From assembly GCA_000091205.1 (NCBI GenBank), contig AP006499.2: a stretch of 64,000 nucleotides of DNA; one strand, written 5' to 3'. The stretch is from Cyanidioschyzon merolae (Eukaryota). The notes beneath the pieces were generated by a model. It saw only the letters and a list, made by a program, of their open reading frames with translations, had not been told where the DNA came from and did no database searches. Made by a program: the position numbers and the translations under genes. This document shows positions 42,614 through 54,802 of this stretch, in pieces (within the stretch, counting starts at the first letter, position 1; each line of letters starts with the position of its first letter).

Positions 42614-44111
42614 AGGCTAGTCCTGGTTTGCTCGTTCGTTGGTCGGTGCAGGCGATCGCCGGCTCGTAGGGACGGACGCTCTGCAGCGCCTGGAGCGAGG
42701 CAGAGCGGGGCAATCCAGTGTGGACTGCTGTGTCTTGGTGTATGTGCATACGTTCTTGTGTCGAATCAAGGACGGGCAGCGACAGTTGCTGCTGCTGCTG
42801 CTGCTGAAGCTGTGCGCGATCACGCTTATCTTGTGTGGTTTCCGGAACGCTTCAGATCGTAGCTGAGAGTAAATATCGGCCGTCTATGGACACTGGAATC
42901 CCTGCTTCGCTAGAAGGAGCACTTTTGATCAAGTTCTACCAGCACTGCCAGGAACAGCACCGGGGGGTCTCCTTGCGCTTGTCTTCGAGCAGGAATCCCC
43001 GGGATCAGTTGATATTGGCCGAAGAATCCAGGTCCGTACAATCTACATCATCAACACACGGGATTTACAGCGTTTATGCTGGAAACGTTGGGAGCGATTC
43101 GCAACTGGCACCGCAAAGATGCAGTTGGCTCTTTGAAAATGACTGAATCCGTGTCTCTGATGTATACGAATCCAGATATATTTGATGCAATCGATTCAGA
43201 GAGGTGTCTGACATGTGCCGTAGTTCAAACGTCTATGTTGCACGTGTAGTGCACCATCTCAGGCGACAGCATAGCGACAGGGCACATGGCTTGCAAGCTG
43301 GCAGCGCTATGTACTCGCAGCCTGGCGGGCCGCGTGCGGTACCCTCTCGATGCACCACTCGTTGTCGACGGTGGCAAAGACAGGCATGTTGATTCACAGC
43401 ACATGGTGTTCTTTGCGACAGCGAGGCGCAGTTGTACGTACCAGGTAGTTCGGGGCGCTCGTTCTCGATGCATCGTCGCGAATGCTAGCCACACCTGCAA
43501 CCAGGTCCAATGCCCGCGTCGTATGGGCCGTTGCAGCGTCCCTGGAGAGACTGATTTGCGTACGCATCGAGACGGAGTCGCGCAGCGTTCTGCGCTCTCG
43601 CCCAATCACTGGAGCAGCATCGGAGAGAGATGAAATCATATCTTGGCGTCCTTGCTCTTACAAGACGAATCCGTCGTGCGACAGACCAGTAGGCAGCACG
43701 ACGGTGCAGTGCTTGAGCATCCACTGTAGCGCCGCAGTGCAGAGGCGCTTTTCGCCGCCCAGAACTAGGCTGCAGCAAGTTCTGAAGGCGTGTCCATCTC
43801 GAAGGGAACCTGAACCCGGCTTCAGAAGCGTAAGAGCGAGCGACACCGGCGATGGTTACTTCGTGTTCCTTGCGCATGAATTGCCACCACCGATCCGATA
43901 GTGTCGCGAACAATTAGTGAAACAGGAGGTAGACCAGCGTGTCCGTGTTACCGCAAATACTCAAGTCTATTGAATGCTAGATACGGATTTGGAATCCGTT
44001 TCCGCATCATTCCGAACGAGGACGATATGACCGCGCGTCTACAAGTTGAGGCTCGAGGGCGCTCGCGAGGATCCTGCACGACCGAGCCCGCTATGTCGGC
44101 TGCAGCGCATC

Positions 44112-44852
44112 TCAGAACACTGTTATCAATGCGAACGAGGTGTACCAGAGACCTACAGGATACGCCACCAGGGGCCAGTTCCCCGCAGGGATTGCGAGAA
44201 CGGCAGTGAATATTCTGCTTGCCGTGCTGGTGCACCAGAGCACAGCAACGCCGGCCATAATCGCCCGGAACGCGAGCGGTGGCACCAATAATACCAAGAA
44301 CGCCAGTACCACAATAGGTAGCAGCCCGTAGCCCAGAACACTTACGATACGATAGAGATCAAGTTCTCTACCTGCCATGAGGTTCAACACCAAGTAGATG
44401 CTAAGACAACCGACAATCGCAATACCATAGATCACACCAAAGTGTACTTTTCCTCGCAAGAGCAGCGCCATGCCCAGTAGAAAAGCGTACAGCAGGGGCC
44501 CAGCCATATCCGGTTCGTCAGCGAATGATTTTTCAAAACGGCGGAGCGGGTTGAGAACCTGAAGGCTCTTGCGCCAAATGGCTTCAGGATGGATCCCCAG
44601 CTCTTCCAGCAGCGGTGGTTCGTCTTCTCCCACAGACGCTCCGGAGAGCGCCCTTCCCAGTTCAAAAGAGGCACTGCGGGCGTGCCAGCTCGTTGTCGCA
44701 CTAGGGTGCCGCTGGGGTTCCCTAACCGTCGACCAGGCCGGGGCAACGCTCACCGCATTGTCCTGATAGAGTGTCGACGGCCCGGTGCTGTACGGCACAC
44801 TCGAGCCGCCGTAAAACTCCAAACCGTTACCTTCGCGAGCCCCGCCACTCAT
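44112..44852 (-). CDS. Yip1-domain (YIPF) Golgi membrane protein, ~246 aa
   Basis: The start is the ATG on the reverse strand at 44850-44852 (the track start at 44867 is TTG). The N-terminal cytosolic region carries the family signature DEPPLLEELGI. Five hydrophobic helices follow (PLLYAFLLGMALLL, FGVIYGIAIVGCLSIYLVLNL, VLGYGLLPIVVLAFLVLLV, IMAGVAVLWCTSTASRIFTAVL, VAYPVGLWYTSFALITVF). Confidence 0.75.
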   Translation of the reverse strand: MSGGAREGNGLEFYGGSSVPYSTGPSTLYQDNAVSVAPAWSTVREPQRHPSATTSWHARSASFELGRALSGASVGEDEPPLLEELGIHPEAIWRKSLQVLNPLRRFEKSFADEPDMAGPLLYAFLLGMALLLRGKVHFGVIYGIAIVGCLSIYLVLNLMAGRELDLYRIVSVLGYGLLPIVVLAFLVLLVPPLAFRAIMAGVAVLWCTSTASRIFTAVLAIPAGNWPLVAYPVGLWYTSFALITVF

Positions 44853-45178
44853 CGTACTTGCCGCCAAAACAGACCCAAGTCGGAACTGTTTGCCCGTCGG
44901 TCTGCTCGTCCGTTCGTTCCGCCAATTAGAGAATATCCAGTGCTGGTTACGGGACTTGTGTTTCGGCGAGCACCAGACTCGGACCCTGAAACTGTTGGCT
45001 GTGGCGGGTCGACGCGCCCCCCCGCGGACAATACCACCTGGGCAGCGGGGCGCACGTGCACTACGGCAGCAGTCCGCGTACCGCTGCGGTTTCGATCGTC
45101 CTCGTGGATCGTCTTGTGATGTTCGTTATTATGGATATGACGCTGGTAACGAAGCATGCTTCCCGGTGTTTATCGTTG

Positions 45179-45383
45179 AGAGAAGTATGTTCGCTTTTGG
45201 TGGCAACGCATATCCACATTCTTTCCGATCGAATGTATTTGGCTCTGCTGCGTTCTTGTCGTATCCATTTTCTTGGCGAAAAGAAGTATGCTCGCTTCTG
45301 TTGCCAAAGGAATGCCACAGTCTCTCTGATAGACGGTAGTGTATTCGGTTCTGTTGTTCGCTTCGCGCATCCATTTTCTTGGT
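45179..45383. repeat. degenerate tandem duplication, 2 x ~100 bp (~70% identity), 330-530 bp upstream of the Yip1 start
   Basis: Two successive units run gagaagtatg(t/c)tcgctt(t/c)tg(g/t)tg(g/c)caa...atccattttcttgg. The small ORFs at 45056..45466, 45061..45489 and 45129..45482 lie in this repeat and are not credible genes. Confidence 0.6.
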
Positions 45384-46067
45384 ATAGGCCAATGTCCAGG
45401 CTTCTGGTGTCAAAGCAGCTCCGCATTCTTTTCCGTGAGCGTTCGCCGACCATGCGATCTGAATAATTACCCTCCAAAACATCCAGCACGATGCTCCTGT
45501 CTATTCTACAGAATCGTTATCTGGGTGCTTGGCATACAACGAGCTTCCTCGGTGCCGACGCAATGCTTCATATTCCGCAGATGCCGGCAAATCCGCGAAC
45601 TGAAACTACGCGGCTGCCTTCTTCTCATATAGGTACGGTATGCTGCTCGAATCGGAAGAGTTGCTTCGAGCCTGGAAGGCCTCCAATCAATGCACCAAGG
45701 TGTCGTTTCTACTGCAGGACACGAAGATGCACATACACGTTGCTCGATGGAAGGCGGTAACCTTTTGTCCAAATGTTGGCTTTCACCTGCACCAGCGAAG
45801 ATCATGATCGAGTCCCGTTCAGCGGGCTCTCGACTACATATTTGGTTGCTGATACCCACCACCGCGAGTCAGTGTTCTCGCCTGAGCAGGATTCTCGCTG
45901 TTGACACGACGGATCCTGACTGCATTCGATGATTGAGCAGGTCCCTTGTGTGGATTACGGCCGCAACGGAACCCCGCAGAGCCTGAAGGAATGCTTGGTC
46001 GATGCACCGATTACAACATTGTGAAGAACAACGTCCAGACAAGTGCGAGAGATTGGTTTGCATGCGC

Positions 46068-46327
46068 ATCAACGAAAGCCTGCTCATAACCTATGCATTT
46101 CGTGGTGGTATCGGAGCGAGTTTCAAAATACCTCTGGGGCGTCTTCCGGCAACAGCGACACGGTATCGGAGGCCGCGCGTCCGTACGCGGCGTATTTATC
46201 AACGAAAGCCTGCTCATAACCTATGCATTTCGTGGTGGTATCGGAGCGAGTTTCAAAATACCTCTGGGGCGTCTTCCGGCAACAGCGACACGGTATCGGA
46301 GGCCGCGCGTCCGTACGCAGCGTATTT
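46068..46327. repeat. local tandem duplication, 2 x 130 bp (>97% identity)
   Basis: The block atcaacgaaagcctgctcataacctatgcatttcgtggtggtatcggagcgagtttcaaaatacctctggggcgtcttccggcaacagcgacacggtatcggaggccgcgcgtccgtacgc.gcgtattt is repeated head-to-tail and is intergenic. The near-identical ORFs 46002..46370 and 46093..46395 are artefacts. Confidence 0.9.
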
Positions 46328-46773
46328 GCCCATGCAGCGTGAGATATCATCGGTACCGGGGTCAAGCTAATGATTTCGCGAGCCTCATTGCATGACGATG
46401 TTGTGCAACGAACGGATGTGCGTCAGATGACTAGGCCTTTGATTCCGGATGCCTGCAAAGTTTTCGGCTGCACTGCAGTCTAGCTTACGCGCTGCCTTAT
46501 GCCGGGGCGTACTCGTCATGCCTCTGTCGCCGGAGCGACACAACGCCGTGGAGGTTCAGCTGCTGCGCGACACCAGAATCACCATCCATTTGGTATATTT
46601 TTGGTGACTTGTGGTTTCATTCCCCAGACAAGCCCACTGGGGAAGCGATCCAGGTAGATCGGGTTCTACGCGACGCCAAAAGAACAGGACGCCGTGTCAT
46701 TGGACGCTGGGAGCTCGCCCGCATGCATGAGCGCTCACATCACTGGACGGTTGCTTTGAGAGTTTCAGAAAGT

Positions 46774-47367
46774 TTACGTGCGAGCGGCTGTTGCTCCGTC
46801 CGCGAGACGCCGGCCCCGAACCGCACTGCGGAGACTGCGACCGTCCGCTCGTAGAACGATACCCGTCTCGGACGCCTTTGGAACAGGTTCCTGCTGTTTT
46901 GGCTGCAGCCACAACTCGACGTGACACGGGTTGCTCTTATACGCTGTGATTCTACCGTGCGCCCTGTATGTTCTTCGCCTTCCCTTCATGGCCTGATTGA
47001 CTTGAATATGCCGAATTACCAAGGTATCCGTGTCGAGTCCCTTGGCTTTGGCGTTTTCCTCGGCGTTGCGTAGCAAATCCAGGAGGATCTCGCAGCTCTT
47101 CTTAGGCCATCGACCCGAGGCGCCAAGAATGCCCCACTGCTTCACCTGAGCCTTCCGCCCAACGCCGTAGCGGTAGCGCACAAACGGCACGATCTCCTTC
47201 TTCGCGATCACGTTCTGCAGGTAAGTTTTCGCTCGTTCCAAACGCATGCCCTTGATCGCAGCTGCAGTCTCTCGCGTGTTCTTAAAGTGCACCCGCAGAG
47301 ATGAACCGCATGCGAGCGCAATATTATCGCGGGACTCTGGTAACCGACTGTACTGGTGTCTGCCCAT
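46774..47367 (-). CDS. RPL17: 60S ribosomal protein L17 (uL22), ~197 aa
   Basis: ATG on the reverse strand at 47365-47367. [79 protein letters not shown]...[65 protein letters not shown] is collinear with eukaryotic L17. The track ORF extends upstream to a non-ATG start at 47547. The last ~45 aa ([13 protein letters not shown]...) are atypical, so the 3' end could involve a short intron or frameshift. Confidence 0.8.
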   Translation of the reverse strand: MGRHQYSRLPESRDNIALACGSSLRVHFKNTRETAAAIKGMRLERAKTYLQNVIAKKEIVPFVRYRYGVGRKAQVKQWGILGASGRWPKKSCEILLDLLRNAEENAKAKGLDTDTLVIRHIQVNQAMKGRRRTYRAHGRITAYKSNPCHVELWLQPKQQEPVPKASETGIVLRADGRSLRSAVRGRRLADGATAART

Positions 47368-47737
47368 GGTGACCAGCAAACGGGCACCGCAACGTCCAGT
47401 CCTCAGTTGCAGCCTCCGAAGCAGCTTACTCAAACGTACGCTAAGGTTGTGCCAGGCAACGCGCCGCTGCGTCCAAGCCATCGCGCCGGCGTCATCGCCG
47501 AAATATGCATATATTCGTACAAAACGCTCTCGTGCCATGAAGCACAAGCGCCACCATACCCCTTTCGGGCCGCTCCGTTCATCATGAGAAACAAGTACCT
47601 AATATAGGACGTTTCTGTACGCGCAGCTCTACTACGCACCCAGCGTTTGCCCGGCGCTCTTACGGACAGGTACGCCAGCGCCCGGCACCGATGGTGACGA
47701 CTCCTATCTCGTACGCTAGAGGCGCTGGAACGCGCTG

Positions 47738-48385
47738 ATGCGAGACTCCCCGCACTGGTGGATTCAGCTTGAAAAGTCTCTGCAGCGGAATAGAGTCCAT
47801 GCTTTTGCACGCTACTTCCAGGTGGCCACAGTCCGACCAGACGGTCGCCCCGCGAACCGTACTGTAGTTTACCGTGGTACGGTGGAGCGAGGCAAGGACG
47901 CTGCACCCTACGTTACCTTCGTATCAGACCTGCGCTCTGGCAAGCACAAAGACTTGGAGAAGTGTACGTGGTGTGAGATCTGCTGGTACATGCCCGTTAC
48001 ACGTGAACAGTACCGAATCACTGGCTGTGCAGAAGTCGTCGGTGCTTCTGGCGCAGACGCTTTCCTCAGAGAGGCTCGGAAAGAGGTCTGGTGCCGACTG
48101 ACGCCGCCTCTGCAGGCGCCGTTTCTGGCGCCAACCCCAGGTCTTCCGCTACGAGTCGCCAGCGCCTCGAAACCAGAGATCAAGCTCGACGATGCAGGTG
48201 TCCCTGATTCGTTCGGTCTCGTGCTGGTTTTGGCAACTCGTGTGGATTACTTGCAACTCGCGAAATCCAATGGACCACCACCACATCGAACTTGTTACTA
48301 TCGGAATATCGGAGCGCCAGATGTCAAAGATGCGAACGCTGCAACAGAAGTTGAAGTTTGGGAGATGGAGGCACTGCAGCCGTGA
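47738..48385 (+). CDS. pyridoxamine-5'-phosphate-oxidase-like FMN-binding split-barrel protein (PNPOx-related, Alr4036-type), 215 aa
   Basis: ATG at 47738. The N-terminal block RNRVHAFARYFQVATVRPDGRPANRTVVYRG is typical of the PNPOx-like fold. The ORF is uninterrupted. The family call is by pattern only. Confidence 0.5.
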   Translation: MRDSPHWWIQLEKSLQRNRVHAFARYFQVATVRPDGRPANRTVVYRGTVERGKDAAPYVTFVSDLRSGKHKDLEKCTWCEICWYMPVTREQYRITGCAEVVGASGADAFLREARKEVWCRLTPPLQAPFLAPTPGLPLRVASASKPEIKLDDAGVPDSFGLVLVLATRVDYLQLAKSNGPPPHRTCYYRNIGAPDVKDANAATEVEVWEMEALQP

Positions 48386-49802
48386 AAAATTTGCGAGTTT
48401 TCTGCGCAGCGTACCACGCGCGTCTTCGTAGATGCGCTCTCCCACAGAGCCACGCATGGACACGATGGACCTGCTCTTGAGCTGGCTTGATAAACTGCTA
48501 TTGCGCCGTCGGGGCGGATGCACACATGAGCCAGGGGGCCAAACACATCGTTCCGAGGCAGGCTGCGCTGGAGCATCAAGGCTCCGAAATCTCTTACCAT
48601 TCTCGAGGCTATCGTCTCGAGCGTTGCGAAACGACAGCTCTAGCGCATCCAGCGTCGTAGGAAGCACGCAAGAGCGGCTCAGTATGGAACCTGGGTCGCT
48701 GGATCGGACCTGTAGCTCCACGGGGAGGACCATTTCGGAGCTTGTGGGATAGACGGGTATTTGAAGGATGTCAAATTTCTCTTCTTTGGTCGGCGGCAGG
48801 ACTCGCGTGACCGGGTATTCAGGTCAGATCCGTGCCTGTCGTTCCATGCGAAAGACTGGCGGGCACGCGGGTCGCTCCAATGACCGACATCGCCTTGTTC
48901 TTTCAGCGGTGATTACGCGTGCCTGCGAGCCAGGCGCTGGTCTTGGTTCCAAAGAGCAACTTGGCCCACAAGAGCCGGGGATAGGCGGTTGCAGCCATCC
49001 AAGAGCATACAATGTAATGAAAACATTTCACCAAATTACCGTACGAGTAGCCTTTAGGATGATTGGTTTCGACCAACAGGCAGCTTTCAATGCAATGCAA
49101 TGCAATGTCAGGCACGCTCACAGGACCTGACCACCGCAGTCAACAGTGCTCTGTTGCCGGGCGTTTATCTTAGAGCCTTTGCTATCAGAACCTTTGCTGT
49201 TATTCCCTGTTCCGATCCTGTTTTTAGTGTATGCCTCGCTTCGGCTTGCGGCGATGCACTATAACACGGCTGCACTCGAATGGTCCCCCAGTGGATCAGG
49301 CCCATGCGTCGAGCGCGTCGTGAAAGACGGCCACAAACACGAATTCCTGCAACACTTTCCAGACCAATGCTGTATGCGACATGCCTTCGCAGCACGCTCC
49401 TCGTGAGCCAGTCTTATGCCTGGTGACCGTTGCTCCCCGGCGCATACCGACATCTTCTACACCAGATGCGGATCATGCTCCAGGCGCTTTTCGAGCGCTC
49501 ATCCGATCCTCATTCTGCGCAAGTGCGTCAGGCTACCGCAAAATATGCGTATGGAATGAAAAACATCCATACATTCATGACCAAGCTCTCAGCATACTAA
49601 ACTAGCGTTCCTCAATCGTCCTGAGGGTTTACGCGGATTCCCGTTCCTTTCTAACTAGATATGTGTATTTTTCAGCCAGTCATGTCGAGTGATTGAAGTC
49701 GAGAGAGCGCACTCCCAGCTTTCACGATTCTGCATACACGTTACCAAGTTCGGCATACACCGTTCCTCTTGACTGACGACCAGCTCCGACGGTAACAGAG
49801 TA

Positions 49803-50336
49803 TCACTGGCTTTTAGGCCGGTTCACCGGCAGATGCGGCTTCTGTAAGTACTGCTGGATGCCGCCCTCCATATCCGCTATGACTTTGTATCCCTTTTTGG
49901 AGAGCTCCTCAGCTGCCATAGCACTACGTCTCCCAGAAGCGCAGTTCACGATTAGTTTCCGTTCCAGGTTACCGCCGGTGAGCTTCTCAACCTCACTCAA
50001 AAAGTTCGGATTCGGTACCATTTTGTCTCCCTGCTTCAGCATGTACGGAACGAGCACAGAGTCTGGTGCGTGCACTTCTTGGTATTCCTCTGGAGTGCGA
50101 ACGTCCAAGTGCAGGTCGCACTCGCCACACTGTTTCCGCCGGTGCGCCTCCTCCGGTGAGATTCGCTCTACAATCATTGCGAACGAACGAAACCGCTGGA
50201 ATTGGGGTACAATGCCCCTGCGCAGCAAACCAGTGTATCCCCCGTGCGTCGAGCAAGTAAAAGCCTTTATCCGAGTGCTCGACTCGTGCGACAACCTTCC
50301 CCAACGAGAGACGCTGTAAAGTGTCCCCAAGAACAT
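49803..50336 (-). CDS. single-domain rhodanese / sulfurtransferase-like protein (senescence-associated Sen1/STR16-like), 177 aa with probable targeting presequence
   Basis: ATG on the reverse strand at 50334-50336. The rhodanese domain runs from MIVERISPEEAHRR... and includes the active-site loop CASGRRS with the catalytic Cys. The first ~50 aa are Arg/Ser/Thr-rich and presequence-like. Confidence 0.7.
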   Translation of the reverse strand: MFLGTLYSVSRWGRLSHESSTRIKAFTCSTHGGYTGLLRRGIVPQFQRFRSFAMIVERISPEEAHRRKQCGECDLHLDVRTPEEYQEVHAPDSVLVPYMLKQGDKMVPNPNFLSEVEKLTGGNLERKLIVNCASGRRSAMAAEELSKKGYKVIADMEGGIQQYLQKPHLPVNRPKSQ

Positions 50337-51712
50337 TGTCGCCGTGAATAGTCAGTGTCCGGAGTGCCAGTCCCCGCGGCAGCGTTTCTGGACCGTCGGC
50401 AGCGCAGGGCAACGCCCCTGCAGCAGCAGCGCCTGATGGCCGCAGAGCAGCGCGCTGCTGCTGCTGCTGCTGCTTCTCTGGGAGCGCTCAGGTACGGCAT
50501 AGGTTGCAACATCCTCGTGGATCGAAGCCTGCATCTGTATCTATGTCGGGTTTCAGATAAAAGGGGAGCGTTGAATGGATCATTCTGCTCCTTCATTCCA
50601 AAATTCCGAGCGATTTTGGGTGCACAAAGTCGACAATTGATGTTCGTCAATATGTGGTTACGGATTCAGACGTAGGTTTGGGGTTATTGGTCGTGCTTGC
50701 TGGGTGGATCCGTCGCATCGTTGCCGGTGACATGGGGTTACTTCACGGGAATCCAGATGATTCGCGGCGCTGCTGACCAAAATCTCCTCAAATAAACGAT
50801 ATCATTATCGAGTTTATAGGTTGAGGCCTCCGCTCTTCTCCTGTCGTTGAACGTGGCATGCTTGATGCACACACTCTTCGAGTTTTTGAGCTTTCGTCCC
50901 GATGAAGACTATCGACGTCGTCTCTTGGACTGTTGTTCACAAGCTCATGCCGAGACATCAGTGATGTCCTCACGTCAAATGATCATCGAGTCCTTCCGAA
51001 AGCGAAATCCGCGTCTCTTTGTAACCACCGACAAGGCGATATTCCACAGCAGCGTGATACCTTTCACGGAACATGCTCCTAAAGGCTTCCATTTCTTCTG
51101 TTCCCATCGAATAGGATCTCGCAATCGCACTTGATTCATCGTGGCGATCGCATCGCGTGCAGCGTAGACAAGTCAGAATTTCTCTAAGACTTGTCCAGCA
51201 TCGATTTGCCTCCCCGTACTGGTTTCCAGGTAACAACATCGCGTTCCGCAAGCCTTTATTGGGATGGACAGCTTGCGGTTGCGCGTGCAACGCACAGCCT
51301 AGTCGTCGGTGTGATTGCTTCCAAGGAACACGCAGGCTTCGTAGATAGCATCGGGTGCGGAAGCAGACGAGGGCGTCGTGCATAGTCTTCTGTTCTCGCC
51401 AAGGGCATCCACCCAGCGATAAGGTAAGCTCGTTTGCGACAGAGCGCGGCCCTCAGTGGATGGCAAGGTGTGTTAGACATGCGGGAACTCCAGATCACAT
51501 CAGGGTCATCGCTGTGAAGCGTGCACCGACGCTGTACACCCTGAGACGATAAAAGCAAGCGAAGCGCAGATAACGAGTTTCCCCAGTGCGTGCAATGCGT
51601 CGACAACGAAAGGGACCCGAAATCCGCCATCAATATTCTTCGACTGCTGACAGCGATGCCACAGGCGCGATAAAGACCGGCGTATTCGGCACCAGGAATA
51701 AGAGGTGGCTGA

Positions 51713-52418
51713 AGAACGCAGTCACAGAGAAATCCCGCAAAGACTGCTCTTATCGTGGAGCCAATCCTGAGCGAAGGCAGAGACCTGCATGCATCGCCCG
51801 CGTTCTTTCGCGGACTCAGAGAACTGACCCGCCACTATCAGGTTGCGATGGTTTGCGACGAGGTTCAAACTGGCGTCGGCGCTACTGGTCGTTTTTGGGC
51901 ACACGAACACTGGTCCGAGGGACTCGAGAAAACGGGACAAGGCGTTGGCACCGGCGCTGCGGAGCTCGCCCCAGACATGGTGACCTTTGCGAAAAAGATG
52001 CAGGCGAGCGGTTTCTTTTTCAAACCAGAGTTTCTGCCACCGCAAGCGTTTCGCATCTATTCAACTTGGAGTGGCGACCCGTTGCGTGCGCTGCAGGCAA
52101 GCGTCATCATTGACACCATTGTCGCTGATCACTTGGTTGAGCGCGTCCACAGTGTCGGGGACTACCTCATCCATGCGCTTGCGGACTTGAATCACCCACT
52201 TGTGGAGCGCATTCGTGGACGAGGAACATTCATTGCATTCGATTTACCGAGTCCAGCACAAAGAGATCATTTGCGTGGCGAAATGCGAAATCAGGGTGTT
52301 CTTGTAGGCAGCTCGGGGGGGCAAAACCGTACGCTTACGCCCCGCACTCATCTTCGACAAGCATCACGCGGATATACTCCTGGATATTCTGGCACGCGTT
52401 CTCAGGCACATGCCCTGA
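51713..52418 (+). pseudogene. 3' fragment of a eukaryotic-type 4-aminobutyrate (GABA) aminotransferase gene, lacking its first ~280 codons and carrying a 1-nt frameshift in a G7 run
   Basis: The frame opens right after the TGA at 51710-51712. It reads KTALIVEPILSEGRDLHASPAFFRGLRELTRHYQVAMVCDEVQTGVGATGRFWAHEHW...PDMVTFAKKMQASGFFFKPEF...RIYSTWSGDP...RIRGRGTFIAFDLP...NQGVLVGSSGG, collinear with the C-terminal half of class-III GABA-AT (VEPIQSEGG...LVDEVQTGGG...FWAHEHW...MTFSKKM...RGRGTF). At the homopolymer gggggggc (52315-52322) the homologous reading shifts by one base. In the shifted frame KTVRLRPALIFDKHHADILLDILARVL* matches the true GABA-AT C-terminus ([27 protein letters not shown]) and stops at 52416-52418. 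The ~1.35 kb upstream gives no N-terminal half beyond a weak ATHS-containing peptide at 51191..51385. Confidence 0.5.
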
Positions 52419-54802
52419 ACTGGCAAGGCAGCTGTGTTGCCTTCACGTCTGCTTCGTAACCGGGACCCGGGTCAAGGCAACATCGTTCTCTGGGGCGCGT
52501 ACCTGCTGCCGTCGACGAGTCACCGTACACGTGCTACCTGCAATGAAAGCTTCATGCGAGGATACTCTATCTATACACATGTGATCGATATTCTTTGGTG
52601 CAGATGCCGGACGCTTATCAGAGGAGCGGCCCAGGCGTGCCGATTGCGGAGCTTTTGCTCGAAAGCTACCAATTCGAAGTCTCTGGACGCGTCTTCGCAG
52701 TTGACGAACGAGACGACGTGGGTGCTTGCTGGGCAGTGTTTCCCATCGGGTCTGTACCGCTTGGCGCCGCTCCTGCATATCCCGCGGAAGCGGCTGTGCT
52801 CACGCCAAGAGATTACCCGTACGTCTGGGCAGCAGTTCGATACCCGCTGTCGATGATCTGGTTGGAGCGTAGAATCGCCAAGCGCGGTTTCCTTGTGACG
52901 CAGCGATGACGCATCGTACTGGCGCTCCCAGTGACAGAGGCTTGCGGAACGCACACGCTCGGAGCTAGGCAGGTGACAACGCCGTCCCGTTGCGAGCGGC
53001 AATATAGGTGCCAACCTAAAGCAGCGGATGCCAGCGTGCGACAGAGAGAGGCCCGTTTGCCCGTGTTTTCTACTTGAAGATTCTCTGGTTACAGGCATGG
53101 TACGTAGGAACGATGATCCGAACTCGGCACCGTCAGATGCGCCGCTGCCGCTAATAACTCGGGAAGAAACCTTCGTTTCTTGCTGCGTGCTTCAGGGTTC
53201 TTGCAGCGCCTCTCCCGAGTTCCGCACGGGTACTCAGATTTGACGAGCGAACGACCCTCGAGCTGCAGCGTCTACCGCAGACATTGTATAGAGTCATGGC
53301 CCCATTGATGTGTTTCTGGAGAGGCTTGCTCGGGGCCATCCGCAAAAACTGGCGTTGCACCAAACCCATGTCAGAGTAATATGACACCGCTTCAGTCAGC
53401 TGACTCTAGCGAACACATTCAAGTTTAGATCGCGTTTTGCGATCATCGATGCCAGAACTTGGCCGTTTTTCCTTCGACTGCTTCTTTTAGTACGTCGTAT
53501 CCCCGGCTTGAAATGCGCTGGTATCTCGTTGCGGTCCAGTTCCGTTTATCAACAGTGAGAGGATACTGATGCCAGCGCTTTAGTACATATTTCGTCGGTT
53601 CCGACAATTGTTGACCCCTTGCATGCACAGGCGAACGTTGTGATCGTTTCCGAGTTTCATCTGCTTTGTATATAGCCTCGGCGCTTGCATATTAGCGGTG
53701 CCACGTTCGTGGGGGAGGGGTCAGGTATTGGCCTACGTCCGCAAGGGTGCCGCCTCTTTCTCCAAGCACTGGCCCTAGGTGCGTGAAAGCTTGGTTCACC
53801 GAACGGCGCATGCCCGTGAAAAGCACTGACGGGTACCCTGAATATCCATATTTGTTTCCGCTCTCTGTGCCGTATCCTAGGACCATGGACTCCTACTGCT
53901 CGGCGATTTCCTCGACAAGAACGGTGTCCGCTGCATGTGCAAGCACACACTGTTACAGTCGGCGGAGCGTTTATGGAACGCAATGCTTTCCATGATGAAA
54001 TGAATGTCGGAAGAAAAACCGGGACCGTCGATCAACTCGAGAAATTCGATCCTCCTGCGCTAACTTCGTGCAAACCGGCGAATTACTCCCTATTTGAAGT
54101 GATCGCTGCGGTGACTCAGTTCCGAGTCCAGGAACCTTATCTATTCGAATAGAGGAGGTGGGAGCGTCTGCGAGCAAATGCGACAAGTAGTATCATGCCG
54201 CTGTCGAATCCAGTTCCGTCGATAGCCATAAAGCGAGGCGGATGCATTTTTTGAACGGAGTCGATTATTGATCGTGACAAGCAGAGTGATGTTTTAGGCA
54301 CGAGCTTGTACACAAACCACCAAGGGATGATGTCGCGTTGTTTTCCTCGTCGATAGAGCGGTACGCATTGATGCGTCCACGGGTTGGCGTGCATCAGAAA
54401 GGTCGCAAACCCGAAACACGCGTGCATTGAGTATGCCACATGTAAGGAAAGGACGGGAACGAAGCCTGCAGATATGGATTTGATATTGGTATCCGTTATT
54501 TAACAAACCCCTTGGTGGACGGTGTCGCGAACCCTCCTGTTGACGATGATGAAACGAGCGGCTTCTGTCGAGCGTTGCATGCGCTACGCGGAATACGTGT
54601 TCGAGAACCCAAAACTGCTTTTATCCATAAGCCCTTATTGCTGCATATCGATTGTCGAGGCTGTACATGATAAACATTTTTCGGAAAAAACAATGACTAA
54701 AAGAGAGCGAGCAGCACAGCGTTCCATATGTATCGAGGACGGCAGCAGAGTCGCCATTCCGAGATAGGCGCCTCGGTGCTGAGGTCAATATCAAGGACGT
54801 GA

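Noticed and set aside
51191-51385. Peptide ...GQLAVARATHSL... upstream of the GABA-AT fragment, weakly resembling the GRTMGCLATTHSK block of GABA-AT
   Set aside because: Only ~5/13 identities with no flanking collinearity. It could be a decayed exon but the match is too weak to annotate.
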